Assembly: GCA_027593235.1 (NCBI GenBank)
Contig: JAQCIU010000001.1
Span: 32,001 to 96,000 of the forward strand
Source of the DNA: Chloroflexota bacterium
GTDB lineage: Bacteria > Chloroflexota > Dehalococcoidia > UBA2979
DNA: 64,000 bases
Direction: 5' to 3'
Part shown: positions 34,704 through 46,548 of the stretch, piece by piece
Layout: every line of letters begins with the position of its first letter
How positions within the stretch are numbered: position 1 is the stretch's first letter
The notes under the pieces: model-generated
Database searches by the model: none
The model's input: only the letters and a program-made list of their open reading frames with translations
Told to the model about the DNA's origin: nothing
Made by a program: the position numbers and the translations under genes

Positions 34704-35453
34704 CTACTCGTCGGTCGAGGGGGGCGCGGACGGGCGTGTCCCCGCGCGGGGAGGTGTGCCCCGCTGCGGGCGGAAGCGGATGCCGGCGACCGCGATCAGC
34801 GCGGCGGCAAGGCCGAACCATGTGAGCGCGTATTCCATGTGCGGGGTCGTGTTGGCGAAAGCGGCGTAGCGCTGGACCGGGAGGATCCCGTCCGGCGTGG
34901 CGTCCCAGGCGGTCCGTTGGCCCTCGATCACGATCCAGGGGAGGACGTCGTAGGGGAGGGTGACGCCCATCGCGATGGGGTCGATGCCGGTCCAGGTGCC
35001 GGCGGCGGTCTGATGCGCGGATCGGGTGTGCACGCTGATCAAGCCGTCGATGATGGCCGGCCGCGCGGCGAGCGCGGCTTCGGCGGCGGCACGTTGGCCG
35101 TCCGGGTACCAGCCGCGATTGACGAGGATGGCGGGGCCGCCGGGGGCGATCAGCAGCGGGACCACCAGCTCCTCGCCCTTCGTATCGAAGCGCGCGCGGT
35201 TCGCGAGGACGAAGGATCGATCGGTGTCCCAGGCGGCGGCGTCGCCGAGGCGGCGGTAGTCGAGCTGGTCGAGGTCGAGGGCGCGCGCGTCCTCGATGGA
35301 GAGCGCGGCGTCGTCGGTGCGGGCGTTGCGTTCGGCGACGAGGCCCTGCTTCCAGTCGTTGCGCTGGAGTTGCCATACGCCAAGGCCGAGCAGCAAGACG
35401 ATGACGGCGCCGATCAAGGCGAGCAATACGGGCGCGGGCAGGCGCAGCGTCAT
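34704..35453 (-). CDS. SURF1 family protein
   Basis: LGVWQLQR..WK, LVNRGW, HMEYALTWFGLA. Confidence 0.9.
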   Translation of the reverse strand: MTLRLPAPVLLALIGAVIVLLLGLGVWQLQRNDWKQGLVAERNARTDDAALSIEDARALDLDQLDYRRLGDAAAWDTDRSFVLANRARFDTKGEELVVPLLIAPGGPAILVNRGWYPDGQRAAAEAALAARPAIIDGLISVHTRSAHQTAAGTWTGIDPIAMGVTLPYDVLPWIVIEGQRTAWDATPDGILPVQRYAAFANTTPHMEYALTWFGLAAALIAVAGIRFRPQRGTPPRAGTRPSAPPSTDE

Positions 35454-35634
35454 CGGTGTCTGGACCTCACTCGCGGCGGTAGTGTCTCAGTCTGGTGTTC
35501 GCGCGGGGCGGCAGCAAGCGAGGATGCGAGCGGGGAGCAAGCGGGCCGGTCGAGACCGTCCGCATCGGCACAACCAGACGGGGTTGGTAGGGTGCGGGGG
35601 TAGGCCGGAACCTGTCGCGTGGCGTCGGATCCGT

Positions 35635-35650
35635 GAAACACTGCTGAAAC
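35635..35650 (+). promoter_or_regulatory. GlnR-box-like direct repeat
   Basis: GAAAC-n6-GAAAC about 160 bp upstream of glnII. Confidence 0.45.
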
Positions 35651-35811
35651 GATCGCACCATACGCTCGCGCCTGCCGATATCTTCGCGGGCAGCGAAGCG
35701 GCGGTTGTTCCGGGATGCTCGGGACAACCCTCGATGGATCGGATCGTGATCGAGTCAGGTTGATCGCCGCGCTCCGGCGCGGTTCGTTTCGAGTTCGCAG
35801 GAGGGGTGCGC

Positions 35812-36834
35812 ATGCCATACCGGGCTGAATACATCTGGATCGACGGGACCGTGCCGACGGTTGAATCGGGCTTCGTCGGACCGCTCGTTCGGTCAAAGAC
35901 GAAGGTGCTGGCAGACGGCGAGGAGCCGGGTATCTGGGGCTTTGATGGTTCAAGCACGAACCAGGCACCAGGTGCGAACTCCGACTGCGTGCTGAACCCC
36001 GTGTACGCCTGCCCGGATCCAGTCCGCGGCGGAGACGACGTGCTGGTGCTGTGCGAGGTGCTGCTGCCAGACATGACGCCACACCCGACGAACACGCGTC
36101 GCGGTTGCGTGGCGGTGGCGGAGAAGTACGCCCACCACGAGTCGTGGTTCGGCATCGAACAGGAATACACCTTCTTTAAGGACGGCCGACCGCTTGGCTG
36201 GCCGGCCGCCGGCTACCCCGGTCCGCAGGGTCCGTACTACTGCGGCGTGGGCGCAGACGAGATCTGGGGTCGCGACGTTGTCGAGGCGCACACGACCGCT
36301 TGCATGGAGGCCGGGATTCAGATCGCCGGCACCAACGCCGAGGTGATGATGGGGCAGTGGGAGTTCCAGATTGGGCCAGTCGGCCCGGTCGAGGTCTCCG
36401 ATCAGCTCTGGGTCGCCCGCTGGCTGCTGTACCGCGTCGCCGAAGAGTTCGACATTGTCGCGACGCTGAACCCAAAGCCGATCCCAGGCGACTGGAACGG
36501 CGCAGGCGCGCACACGAACTTCTCGACGAAGTCGATGCGCGAGTCGTACGAGCCGATCGTGATCGGCGCGGAAGCGCTGGGTAAGAAGCACGATCTGCAC
36601 ATCACGAACTACGGCGCTGGTATCGATCAGCGGCTGACCGGTATGCACGAGACCGCTCCGTGGACGGAGTACAGCTACGGCGTCTCCGACCGCGGCGCCT
36701 CGGTCCGCATCCCGTGGCAGACGGCTCGCGATAAGAAGGGCTACCTCGAGGATCGTCGCCCGAACGCGAACATGGATCCGTACACGGTCACCCGACTGGT
36801 CACGGACACGATCTGCGAAGCCCTCGACGCCTAA
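35812..36834 (+). CDS. glnII: Glutamine synthetase type II
   Basis: AEYIWIDG, WGFDGSST.QA, FGIEQEY, YYCGVG, NAEVMMGQWEFQ, DWNGAGAHTNFS, RLTG.HET, EDRRP; 340 aa; AGGAGG RBS. Confidence 0.95.
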   Translation: MPYRAEYIWIDGTVPTVESGFVGPLVRSKTKVLADGEEPGIWGFDGSSTNQAPGANSDCVLNPVYACPDPVRGGDDVLVLCEVLLPDMTPHPTNTRRGCVAVAEKYAHHESWFGIEQEYTFFKDGRPLGWPAAGYPGPQGPYYCGVGADEIWGRDVVEAHTTACMEAGIQIAGTNAEVMMGQWEFQIGPVGPVEVSDQLWVARWLLYRVAEEFDIVATLNPKPIPGDWNGAGAHTNFSTKSMRESYEPIVIGAEALGKKHDLHITNYGAGIDQRLTGMHETAPWTEYSYGVSDRGASVRIPWQTARDKKGYLEDRRPNANMDPYTVTRLVTDTICEALDA

Positions 36835-36896
36835 CCCCCTTCGGGGGGTGACGACGCTTCGCGCCTCGTTGGCGTGGGGTTGCGGTAGGAACACTG

Positions 36897-36927
36897 AGGC
36901 GGGGCCGCAAGGCCCCGCCTTTCTTTT
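36897..36927 (+). terminator. Intrinsic terminator of glnII
   Basis: AGGCGGGGCC-GCAA-GGCCCCGCCT-TTCTTTT. Confidence 0.85.
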
Positions 36928-37161
36928 CGCCCTTCGCGGGATCGGTGTTCAGCCGCTGGAGCGGAGGCACGGCTGTGGGGCGGGCACCCGCCCTCTGTCC
37001 GCTCCAGCCCCCAGCCCCCAGCCGCGCTTCGCGGTCGCGTTCTGAGCGACGCCTAGGCCACGTTCCGTTCTTTTCGGCCCTGCCTCCCGCCGCCGCGACG
37101 GGTGTCGTAGTCGCGCCAGTTGCGGCGCAGAGCAGTCGCGCCCTGCGTCGCAGCGCACAGC

Positions 37162-37211
37162 GTGGCAGCGCCCACTGAGCGGGTGAGTGGCAGCGCCCAC
37201 TGTGCGGGTGC
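37162..37211. repeat. 25-bp tandem duplication (2 copies)
   Basis: GTGGCAGCGCCCACTG(A/T)GCGGGTG(A/C) x2, intergenic. Confidence 0.75.
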
Positions 37212-37319
37212 GCGGCCCTCGAGGGGTGGGCCGCGGCGACCGAGGGCGTCCCGATCCGGACACCCTCGGTCGTTGGTTCAACGGCAACGGGCGCGAAGCG
37301 TCGTCGAGCCCCGAAGGGG

Positions 37320-38255
37320 CTAGTACTCCTTGCGGTTGGGTTCGGTGGTGGGGGCTTCGGTGCCGGCGACGGCGCGGTCCTTGGGGGCCGAGTCGTAGGC
37401 GCCTCGGAAGTCGCGGAAGGGGCCGTCCCGCCATTCGAGGGCGCCTTTGAGGCCGTCTTCCTGGACGCGGCGTCCCCACTCGGCGGCGGCGGGGCGGAGC
37501 GCGCTGAGCGCCTGGATCTCCGTGCCGGAGGCGATCCCGTGGCGGATGCCCATGCTTTCGTACTGCCGGTTCACGGCGCGCTTGGAGTACATCAGCATAT
37601 CGTTGTCGATGTGCGCCATGCGTCGGGCGAACTGCTCCGTGAATTCGTCCAGTTGGTCGCGCGGGACTGCGTAGTTGGCCCAGCCGAGGCGTGCCATCTC
37701 GGTACCGGAGACCGAATCTCCGACATAGGCGAACTCTCGAGCCTTGGCCGGGGGGAGGTGCCAGGGCGCCCACATCATGTCCATGGTGGTCATGGCGCGG
37801 ACGGGCGGGTACCCGATCAGGGCGTCGTCCGCGACGATGCGGAAATCACAGATCGTGGCGAGTTCGGTACCGCCAGCCAGGCAGTGGCCGTGAACCTGGG
37901 CGACGACCGGCTTCGCGAGTTCCCAGATGGTCCAGTTGGTCATGACCACGTGACGCGACCAGGTCTGGGGGCCGGGGTGGGTAGTGCCGGTTTCGGGCAG
38001 GTGCGATCGCGGGTTGACCATGTCGTTCTCGCCGGCGGCGCGGGATGGGGAGAGGTCGTAGCCGGCGGAGAAGGATCGACCGGCGGCTTTGAGGACGATG
38101 ACGCCGACATCGGGGTCGTGCTCTGCTTCGCGCATCGCGTCCATGACTTCGCCGCGGAGGTTATTGCTCAGGGCGTTCAGTTTTTCGGGGCGGTTCAGCG
38201 TGATGAAGGCGAGGCGGCCATCGGTTTCGTAGATGATGTCGCGGTAGTCGGGCAT
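37320..38255 (-). CDS. Enoyl-CoA hydratase/crotonase family protein
   Basis: ITLNRPEKLNAL, FSAGYDL, KPVVAQVHGHCLAGG; GAGGAG RBS. Confidence 0.9.
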   Translation of the reverse strand: MPDYRDIIYETDGRLAFITLNRPEKLNALSNNLRGEVMDAMREAEHDPDVGVIVLKAAGRSFSAGYDLSPSRAAGENDMVNPRSHLPETGTTHPGPQTWSRHVVMTNWTIWELAKPVVAQVHGHCLAGGTELATICDFRIVADDALIGYPPVRAMTTMDMMWAPWHLPPAKAREFAYVGDSVSGTEMARLGWANYAVPRDQLDEFTEQFARRMAHIDNDMLMYSKRAVNRQYESMGIRHGIASGTEIQALSALRPAAAEWGRRVQEDGLKGALEWRDGPFRDFRGAYDSAPKDRAVAGTEAPTTEPNRKEY

Positions 38256-38506
38256 CTCAGAATCTCCTCGGTGCTGTGCGCGCAGTCGGTGGGCGGGCAC
38301 TCGGCAGATATATAACACTCGCGTGGTTGGCGTCCGACCGCGGCCCGCCCGTATCCCTGACGAGCAGGCGGCCCCCGCACTCCCCGCTCGATGGTTCCTG
38401 TCCTGAGGCGCGCTCCCCGAGCGACGGCAGTTCGGCCTCGGGCGGTTCGACGGGCCTCGGAGGATTGGCTAACTGAGGCGAAGCACCATCAAGCCCCGAA
38501 GGGGCA

Positions 38507-39706
38507 CTAGCCGATCACCAGGGGAACGGTCATTTCGCGGTGGGAGAGACCGGAGTGGTGGGATCGCTGCTCCATGAAGTGCTCGCCATCGGCGCCGCCA
38601 GTGTAGCGCATCACGGAGTCATCGAGGGCGAGCGAGGTGAGGTCGCCGACGCGGCGCCGGGTTTCGTCGGCGAGTGGGTCCGGGCCAAGCAGCCGGAGAT
38701 CCTCGAGATCCTGCGTGGAGATGAGAGCGAAGTGATCGCCGAAGCGCGACTCGAAGGCGCGGATGAAGGCGTCGTGCGCACCTTCGCGGAGGTGGTAGAA
38801 GCCGAGGCGCATGTCGCCGGAGGGCGGCGTGGTCAGGAAATCGATGAGCGGATCGTCGCCGGCGATCGGGAAGCGGGCGCCGGCGTCGCGGTGGCCGTGA
38901 TCGGCGGTGAGGACGATGCGGGCATTGAGGCCGGAGAGGGTGGTCGCGAGTTCCGCGAGGCTTTCATCGATGTCGGCGAGGGCGTCGCGGGCCTCGTCCG
39001 ATTCGGCGCCGTGCTCATGCGATTCGTGATCGAAGGCGGAGGTGTACCAGTAGGTGAAGGTGGGGCGGGAGGCGCCACCGATGCGTTCGGCGATGAGGTC
39101 GGCTGCCTGACGGTGGGTGCGGTACGCGAGGGTGGCGGCGCCGGCGCCGAACCAGGTGGAATAGGCGGAGTTGATGATCGCCCGTGGCTGGGAGACGGCG
39201 GCATCGGCGGTCATCCGACCGATCAGCGGCGTGCCGCGAAAGACCTCGGTGGGATCGACGCCGCAGTCGAGGAGCGCCGCGCCGTCTCCGAGGCGGATGA
39301 ATGGGAGCACGCACGCGGTCTCGCGGAGTTGTGGCAGGTAGGTCCACCAGCCGACGGCGCCGTGTTCGGCCGGCCAGAGGCCGGTCGCCATCGAGGTGAT
39401 GGCGGCGGCGGTGGTGGAGGGAAAGACGCTCTGGAGGTCACAGGCGAACTGGCGGCGCAGCCAGGAGTGGCGCGGCAGGTCGTCGAAAGCGTGGGTGCCG
39501 AGGCCGTCGACGAGGACGAAGACGATGTGCGAGGGCTGGCCGATCTGGTTGCTGATCGCCTTTGCGTTCGGCGAGAGATCGAGATCCGGGACGCCGCTGA
39601 GGGCCCCGACGGCGCGCACGAGATCGATGACGTTGGGTTGGGATGCGTCAGGGCGGCAGAGTGCATCAGCCTCGAATGCCGCGAGTAACCGGTCAACGTC
39701 GCCCAT
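38507..39706 (-). CDS. Alkaline phosphatase superfamily (nucleotide pyrophosphatase-like) protein
   Basis: LVDGLG, FPSTT, DHESHEHG, TADHG, HHSGLS.REM.VP; start may be 39751. Confidence 0.88.
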   Translation of the reverse strand: MGDVDRLLAAFEADALCRPDASQPNVIDLVRAVGALSGVPDLDLSPNAKAISNQIGQPSHIVFVLVDGLGTHAFDDLPRHSWLRRQFACDLQSVFPSTTAAAITSMATGLWPAEHGAVGWWTYLPQLRETACVLPFIRLGDGAALLDCGVDPTEVFRGTPLIGRMTADAAVSQPRAIINSAYSTWFGAGAATLAYRTHRQAADLIAERIGGASRPTFTYWYTSAFDHESHEHGAESDEARDALADIDESLAELATTLSGLNARIVLTADHGHRDAGARFPIAGDDPLIDFLTTPPSGDMRLGFYHLREGAHDAFIRAFESRFGDHFALISTQDLEDLRLLGPDPLADETRRRVGDLTSLALDDSVMRYTGGADGEHFMEQRSHHSGLSHREMTVPLVIG

Positions 39707-39829
39707 CGCGTCCGCCCTCGTTGGCGCCGACCGTAACCGATTGGTGGGCATGGTCACCACTGCGGCGGCGGGCGGTGTGCTCCGCGAGGGGTGCCGAGCG
39801 GGCGAGCGCTGGGACCGAGCTGGCGCGTG

Positions 39830-41977
<2,148 letters not shown>

Positions 41978-42022
41978 GCGCGCAGTCCTCGGGGTGTTCG
42001 GATTCGCCTCGGGATCACCGTA

Positions 42023-42583
42023 TCACTGTGGGGGGCGTCGCTTGCCGGTGCGCCGCTGGTGGCGGCGGGTCCCGGAGCGGCTTGGGCCTCGATCGGAGGT
42101 CTCGGCAACGGGCGGACCGGAGCCGTGAACGATAGTGCGGTGGGTGCGGAAACGGCGATCGTCACCGGGTGCGTCGCGTCCAATGACCGTGAAGTTACCC
42201 CAGCGGTCGAGGAGGATGTCTTCGGTAGGTGCTTCGCGGATCGCGGGGTCGATGGCGATTCGCATCTCCGCGAGATCTACCGTGAGCCAGCCGGTTACCC
42301 CGTCGAGCGGGAGGAGTGCATCGAAGTCAAGATCCTCGCGATAGCCGGCGCGTGGCTGTGTCGAGAGGTCGACGGAGAACTGGTACGGGCCCCAGTGGCG
42401 CGACGGCTGACGGTCACCGAGAAACCAAATCACGCCCTCGAGGCGCGTTGGGTCCGTGTCGAACAGGTAGGCGGACAGGCCGATGCCGTCCTCGGATAAG
42501 CCGACTAGCTCGTCGCGACCGGAGTGCGCGACCTCCACACTGATGCGCCGTCCGAGTCCGAAGCAGAAGCGCTCTTCATCCAC
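42023..42583 (-). CDS. Hypothetical protein
   Basis: ORF with globular-looking composition from GTG 42583 in a lower-GC patch; no family recognised. Confidence 0.4.
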   Translation of the reverse strand: MDEERFCFGLGRRISVEVAHSGRDELVGLSEDGIGLSAYLFDTDPTRLEGVIWFLGDRQPSRHWGPYQFSVDLSTQPRAGYREDLDFDALLPLDGVTGWLTVDLAEMRIAIDPAIREAPTEDILLDRWGNFTVIGRDAPGDDRRFRTHRTIVHGSGPPVAETSDRGPSRSGTRRHQRRTGKRRPPQ

Positions 42584-43244
42584 GCCTTGGAGGGTAGCGT
42601 CTGGGGTGAGGAACTGGTGAGGTGGCCGCGCCACGCCGAGTTGAAACCCCAGCGGTCGCCCGGTTCCAGTGAGCACCTCGAGGCTGCCGGGACGGGGGCT
42701 GCGGCAATCCTCGACCCGATGCCTCTAGCCAGAAGCCAAATACTTGTCGACAGTCTATCGTTAGATAAACGATCGATTGGAGACAGTAATGAGTGTGTTA
42801 CCGCCGGGCCTCGTCGTGGCCCTCGTCGCTCTGGTGGTCGCCTGGATCTGCGTTCCCATTGGCTGGCACGACCGCGATCTCGACGAGATGTCTGAACGAC
42901 TCGCCGGGGAACTGTTCGACGATTAGGCCACAGTGGTCCCGGTAACGCCGGAGATCTTCTTCGGCTAGGGAACCCAGGCCCACGATGCACCCCGCCAGGC
43001 GAGTGTTGCCGTCGCCAGCAGAACAGGCGCAGTCGCCGTCGAGGATCGCAGCGTTCCCGGAGCACGCGGCTGCCTGTGGCGTTGTCGGCCATCCCGAGGA
43101 CTCATACCCGACCGGTTCACTGAATACCGCCACGCCCTTGAGTCCGTCAGGATCGTTGCCGACGACCCGACCGTCGGTGGCGCGGCTGTTGAGTACGGTT
43201 GAGGCGGCGTTTGGCGCGGTGCGGATCGAGCGATGGGTGGCTAG

Positions 43245-43766
43245 GTGATCGGGACGGGCGACGGAACGGATCGGGTTCGACTACGACCACCGACGGATGC
43301 CGATGGCGAGGTGTTGCGGCGCCTCCGCTCCGAAGCGGAAGCGTCGCCGTTTAACTGGTTTGGCGCTCCGTTCAGTGGTGACGATGCGGCGTCCGAGGGG
43401 CGGCGCATCGTGGCGGAGTTCACGGACGAGCAGGGTCACGCAGTGCCGGTTGGGGATCTGACCTGGCACGAGGTGCGGTACGGGCCGAATCCGGAGAGTG
43501 CGGCGTGCAACCTGGGTATCACGCTGCTGGCCGAGTACCGAGGGCGGGGGATTGGGAGTGAGGCGCAGCGGTTGCTCGCGGAGCATCTGTTCGCGACGAC
43601 GACGACGAACCGCGTGGAGGCGTCGACGGAAGTGACGAATGTGGCGGAGCAACGGTCGCTGGAGCGAGCCGGGTTCACGCGCGAGGGGACGGCGCGCGGG
43701 GCGCAGTTCCGAGACGGCGAGTATCGCGACATGGTGACGTACAGCCGGCTTCGCTCGGACTCGTAG
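43245..43766 (+). CDS. GNAT acetyltransferase, RimJ/RimL type
   Basis: RGRGIGSEAQ, NRVEASTEVTNVAEQRSLERAGFTREG. Confidence 0.88.
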   Translation: MIGTGDGTDRVRLRPPTDADGEVLRRLRSEAEASPFNWFGAPFSGDDAASEGRRIVAEFTDEQGHAVPVGDLTWHEVRYGPNPESAACNLGITLLAEYRGRGIGSEAQRLLAEHLFATTTTNRVEASTEVTNVAEQRSLERAGFTREGTARGAQFRDGEYRDMVTYSRLRSDS

Positions 43767-43801
43767 CGCGCGCGACACGGGCGGCGACGGAGGTCGATTC
43801 G

Positions 43802-44167
43802 ATGGTCTCGAGGGCGTTCGAGTCGCCGGGGCGTGGCACCCGCGTGGCGATCGTGGCGATCAAGGCGTTTCACTCGGCGATCTTTTTCGTGAATTCGGCG
43901 GCGATTCTCTACCTGTTCCAGGCAGGCGTTCGAGGGCGATCGGGGCGGTGGACTCGGCCTGCCCTCGGGGCTGTGGGGGTGGAGTTGGTGGCGCTGGCGC
44001 TCAGCGGTGGGGCTTGTCCGCTGACTCGGTTGGTTGAGCGAATGGGGGCCGAGGATGGGCGGGTCTCCGACATCTTCTTGCCGATGTGGTTTGCGGATCG
44101 GATTCCGTGGTTGTGTACGCCGCCGTTGGTTGTGGGTGTGGTGGGTCTGTTGCTGCGGAGGCGGTAG
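43802..44167 (+). CDS. Small membrane protein with GACPLT motif
   Basis: three hydrophobic segments, CPLT..ER, SDIFLP.WFA. Confidence 0.7.
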   Translation: MVSRAFESPGRGTRVAIVAIKAFHSAIFFVNSAAILYLFQAGVRGRSGRWTRPALGAVGVELVALALSGGACPLTRLVERMGAEDGRVSDIFLPMWFADRIPWLCTPPLVVGVVGLLLRRR

Positions 44168-44275
44168 CCGCTGTCGAGGAGTGCTGTCGCGCTTGCGGCG
44201 GAAGCCGTACGCGCGGTCTCTGCGTGGGGCGGCGAGCGGCGTGCTCCGCACCCGCCTGTCGAGGGAATGGCGGCG

Positions 44276-45574
44276 CTACTTCGGGTTGAGGAGGCGGGCC
44301 TGGGTGCTGCGGGCGTAGTGGCCGAGGTGGTCGAAGTGGCTGACTTCGACCAGGCCGACGCCGTTGGCGTGGGTGGATCGGTCGGCGCGGAGGGCCAGCC
44401 ATTCGCCTTCGGGTGGGCGGAGCAGGTGGACAGAGATGTCCGTGTTGATGAAGGAAGCGTTGGCGCGCTGGTCGGGGTCTTGCCAGTCGGCGGCGTAGTT
44501 GGCGAGCGCGTTGCCGAAGTCGGAGACCGCGGCGAGGCGCTGGAAGGGGGTGGGTTCTTCGCCGGCGACGATGGGGAAGGGGACCCGGATCCAGGCGAGC
44601 GATCCGCGTGGGGCGTCGGGTAATTCGGGCCAGCGGGTTTCGACGAGGGTGTGGAAGCCGCCGCTTCGACCGGGCGGCAGCGGGGCGCCGCGGCTGAGGC
44701 CGAGCGCGGTTTCGAGGCCTTCGGGGCCCGGTGGCGGCGCAATCGGGTTCGTCTCGGGGCCTTCCGATCGGCGGAGGAAGAGGACCTGCGCTCGGGTGAC
44801 TTCGAGGTTCCCGGCGAGTACGGAGACGCGCGCAACCACGACGCGACGGCCCTCTCGGATCAGTTCGACCTGGGTGTGTAGCGCCGTACGGGGGACGGCG
44901 CGGAAGAGGTCGATGGTGATTCTGGCGGGGAGCAGGTCGGAGCCGGAACCGGTGCCCTCGGCGGCCCGGCTTGTTGCGACAGCACGCTCGGCGGCGCGGG
45001 CAACCAGGGCGGCGATCGGGCCGCCGTGGAGAACGTCGGTGCCCCATGCGCTGGCGGCGTAGGGGGTGGGCAGCAGCGCGTCGCCGTAGGGGACGAACGC
45101 GGCGGCTTCGCCGGGAATGGCTTTGGCGGCTTCGGCGAAGGTGATGCTCGTGACGAGTAGCTCGGCATCGCCTTCCGCCGTCGATCCGTCCTCGGTGCTA
45201 GCGGTGTCCTCGGAGGTGATGTCGGCCGCGTCGGCGCTGGGTTCGGCTGCCTCCGGGGTGTCGGATTCGACTGCGGCCGAGGCTTCGGCTTCGGCCGGGG
45301 GCGGATCGTCGGATTCAATTGCGAGCACTGCGGCGCTCTCAGGTGTGGGCGGCGCGCTGGGCTCGGCGGCCGCGCTGGTGCTGAGTTCGTCGGCAGGCGG
45401 GGTGCTGGCTTCGGGCGCGGGGGTGTCTTCGCTCAGGGTGTCCGGCGCCGGAGGGGCGGGTTGTTCGGTCGGTCGCGCGGCATCGAGGTCAGCCGTCGCG
45501 GAGGCGGACAGGGGATCGGCGGTGTCGGATTGGGCAGCAAGGGGCGGCTGCTCGGAGAGGTTGGCGTCGCTCAC
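44276..45574 (-). CDS. Double-hotdog acyl-CoA thioesterase family protein with acidic N-terminal extension
   Basis: W..LHGGP, RITIDLFR, SDFGN, SFINTDISVHL.R.P.GEW; about 135 aa D/E/A/P/S/T-rich N-terminus. Confidence 0.8.
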   Translation of the reverse strand: MSDANLSEQPPLAAQSDTADPLSASATADLDAARPTEQPAPPAPDTLSEDTPAPEASTPPADELSTSAAAEPSAPPTPESAAVLAIESDDPPPAEAEASAAVESDTPEAAEPSADAADITSEDTASTEDGSTAEGDAELLVTSITFAEAAKAIPGEAAAFVPYGDALLPTPYAASAWGTDVLHGGPIAALVARAAERAVATSRAAEGTGSGSDLLPARITIDLFRAVPRTALHTQVELIREGRRVVVARVSVLAGNLEVTRAQVLFLRRSEGPETNPIAPPPGPEGLETALGLSRGAPLPPGRSGGFHTLVETRWPELPDAPRGSLAWIRVPFPIVAGEEPTPFQRLAAVSDFGNALANYAADWQDPDQRANASFINTDISVHLLRPPEGEWLALRADRSTHANGVGLVEVSHFDHLGHYARSTQARLLNPK

Positions 45575-45607
45575 GAGGTGGCGATCAGGGCGTGTGAAGA
45601 GGCGATG

Positions 45608-45796
45608 TTACTTCGCAGCCTGGTCGGAGGTTGGGGCGGCGGCAGCGGTCCAGCGGCGCATCTCGTCGATGTGATCGGCGGGGTTGATGTCGGGCTTGCG
45701 GCCGGGGAGGACAGAGCGGAGCTTGTGGCGCGCCACGGTGGCGGCCGGCGCGACGGCGGCCATCATTGGGACCCAGATGTGGACGGGGCAGCCCAT
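45608..45796 (-). CDS. Small protein starting MGCPVHIWVP
   Basis: GAGGAG RBS, 62 aa, GC3-rich codons. Confidence 0.6.
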   Translation of the reverse strand: MGCPVHIWVPMMAAVAPAATVARHKLRSVLPGRKPDINPADHIDEMRRWTAAAAPTSDQAAK

Positions 45797-45938
45797 GCGT
45801 TGCTCCTCGATCCGCTCGTTAGAGCGTGAGCGTAGCAACGAGGCCGCAGGCGGGCTACCGGGCTGTCGCTTGATGAACAGCAGCAGGCGCGGCCGTTGTT
45901 GTCCCGGCGGCGCTACGCGCTCGGGCTGTCGGGTCGCG

Positions 45939-46526
45939 CTACACGCTCGGGGCGGCTGGCCAGTCCTCGCGCGCGATCGCGTATTCGAGGTCGTCGCCGT
46001 CCCACGAGGTGAGGTCCGGGCGGTGCGCCGTGTCCGAGGTGGCAAGCTGCTCCGGCGTTGGGCGGAAGCGGCGGCGCAGCGTCAGGCCGAGGCGGTCCAT
46101 GACGCGCTGAGAGGCGAGGTTGTCCTCGTAGGTGTTCGCGATGACGCGGTCCGTTGCGCCGCCGGCGAACGCGCGGGCGACGAGGGCGCGCGCGGCCTCG
46201 GTGGCGTAACCGTGGCCCCAGGCGTCGCGCCCGAACCGGTAGCCGAGTTCGGCTTCGCGCGGATCGGCGGCGGTTGGTCGGAGCGAGACCCAGCCGAGGA
46301 AGGCGCTGCTCTCCAGTGCGCAGACGGCGAAGCACCCGAAGTGCGGCCGAGCGGGATCGTGGCGCATGAGGTTGGGGAGCAGGGTCGTCTCGATGACCTC
46401 GAGCGGGGTGGGGACGCCGCCGTTGATGTAGCGCATCACCTCGGGATCGTTGTCGAGTGCGTGGATGGCGGGCGCGTCATCGGCGGTGAGGCGGCGGAGC
46501 AGGAGGCGGTCGGTCTCGATTGGCAT
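45939..46526 (-). CDS. GNAT acetyltransferase, RimJ/RimL type
   Basis: IETDRLLLR, ELGYRF..AWGHGYATEA, NLASQRVMDRLG. Confidence 0.9.
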   Translation of the reverse strand: MPIETDRLLLRRLTADDAPAIHALDNDPEVMRYINGGVPTPLEVIETTLLPNLMRHDPARPHFGCFAVCALESSAFLGWVSLRPTAADPREAELGYRFGRDAWGHGYATEAARALVARAFAGGATDRVIANTYEDNLASQRVMDRLGLTLRRRFRPTPEQLATSDTAHRPDLTSWDGDDLEYAIAREDWPAAPSV

Positions 46527-46548
46527 CGGGGCTTGGCGGTCGCGGCCG

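Noticed and set aside
35680-35800. Glutamine riboswitch before glnII
   Set aside because: Two hairpins are present but the conserved glnA-motif nucleotides are not recognisable
37162-37211. 25-bp duplication as a mobile element scar
   Set aside because: Only two adjacent copies with no element ends; most likely slippage
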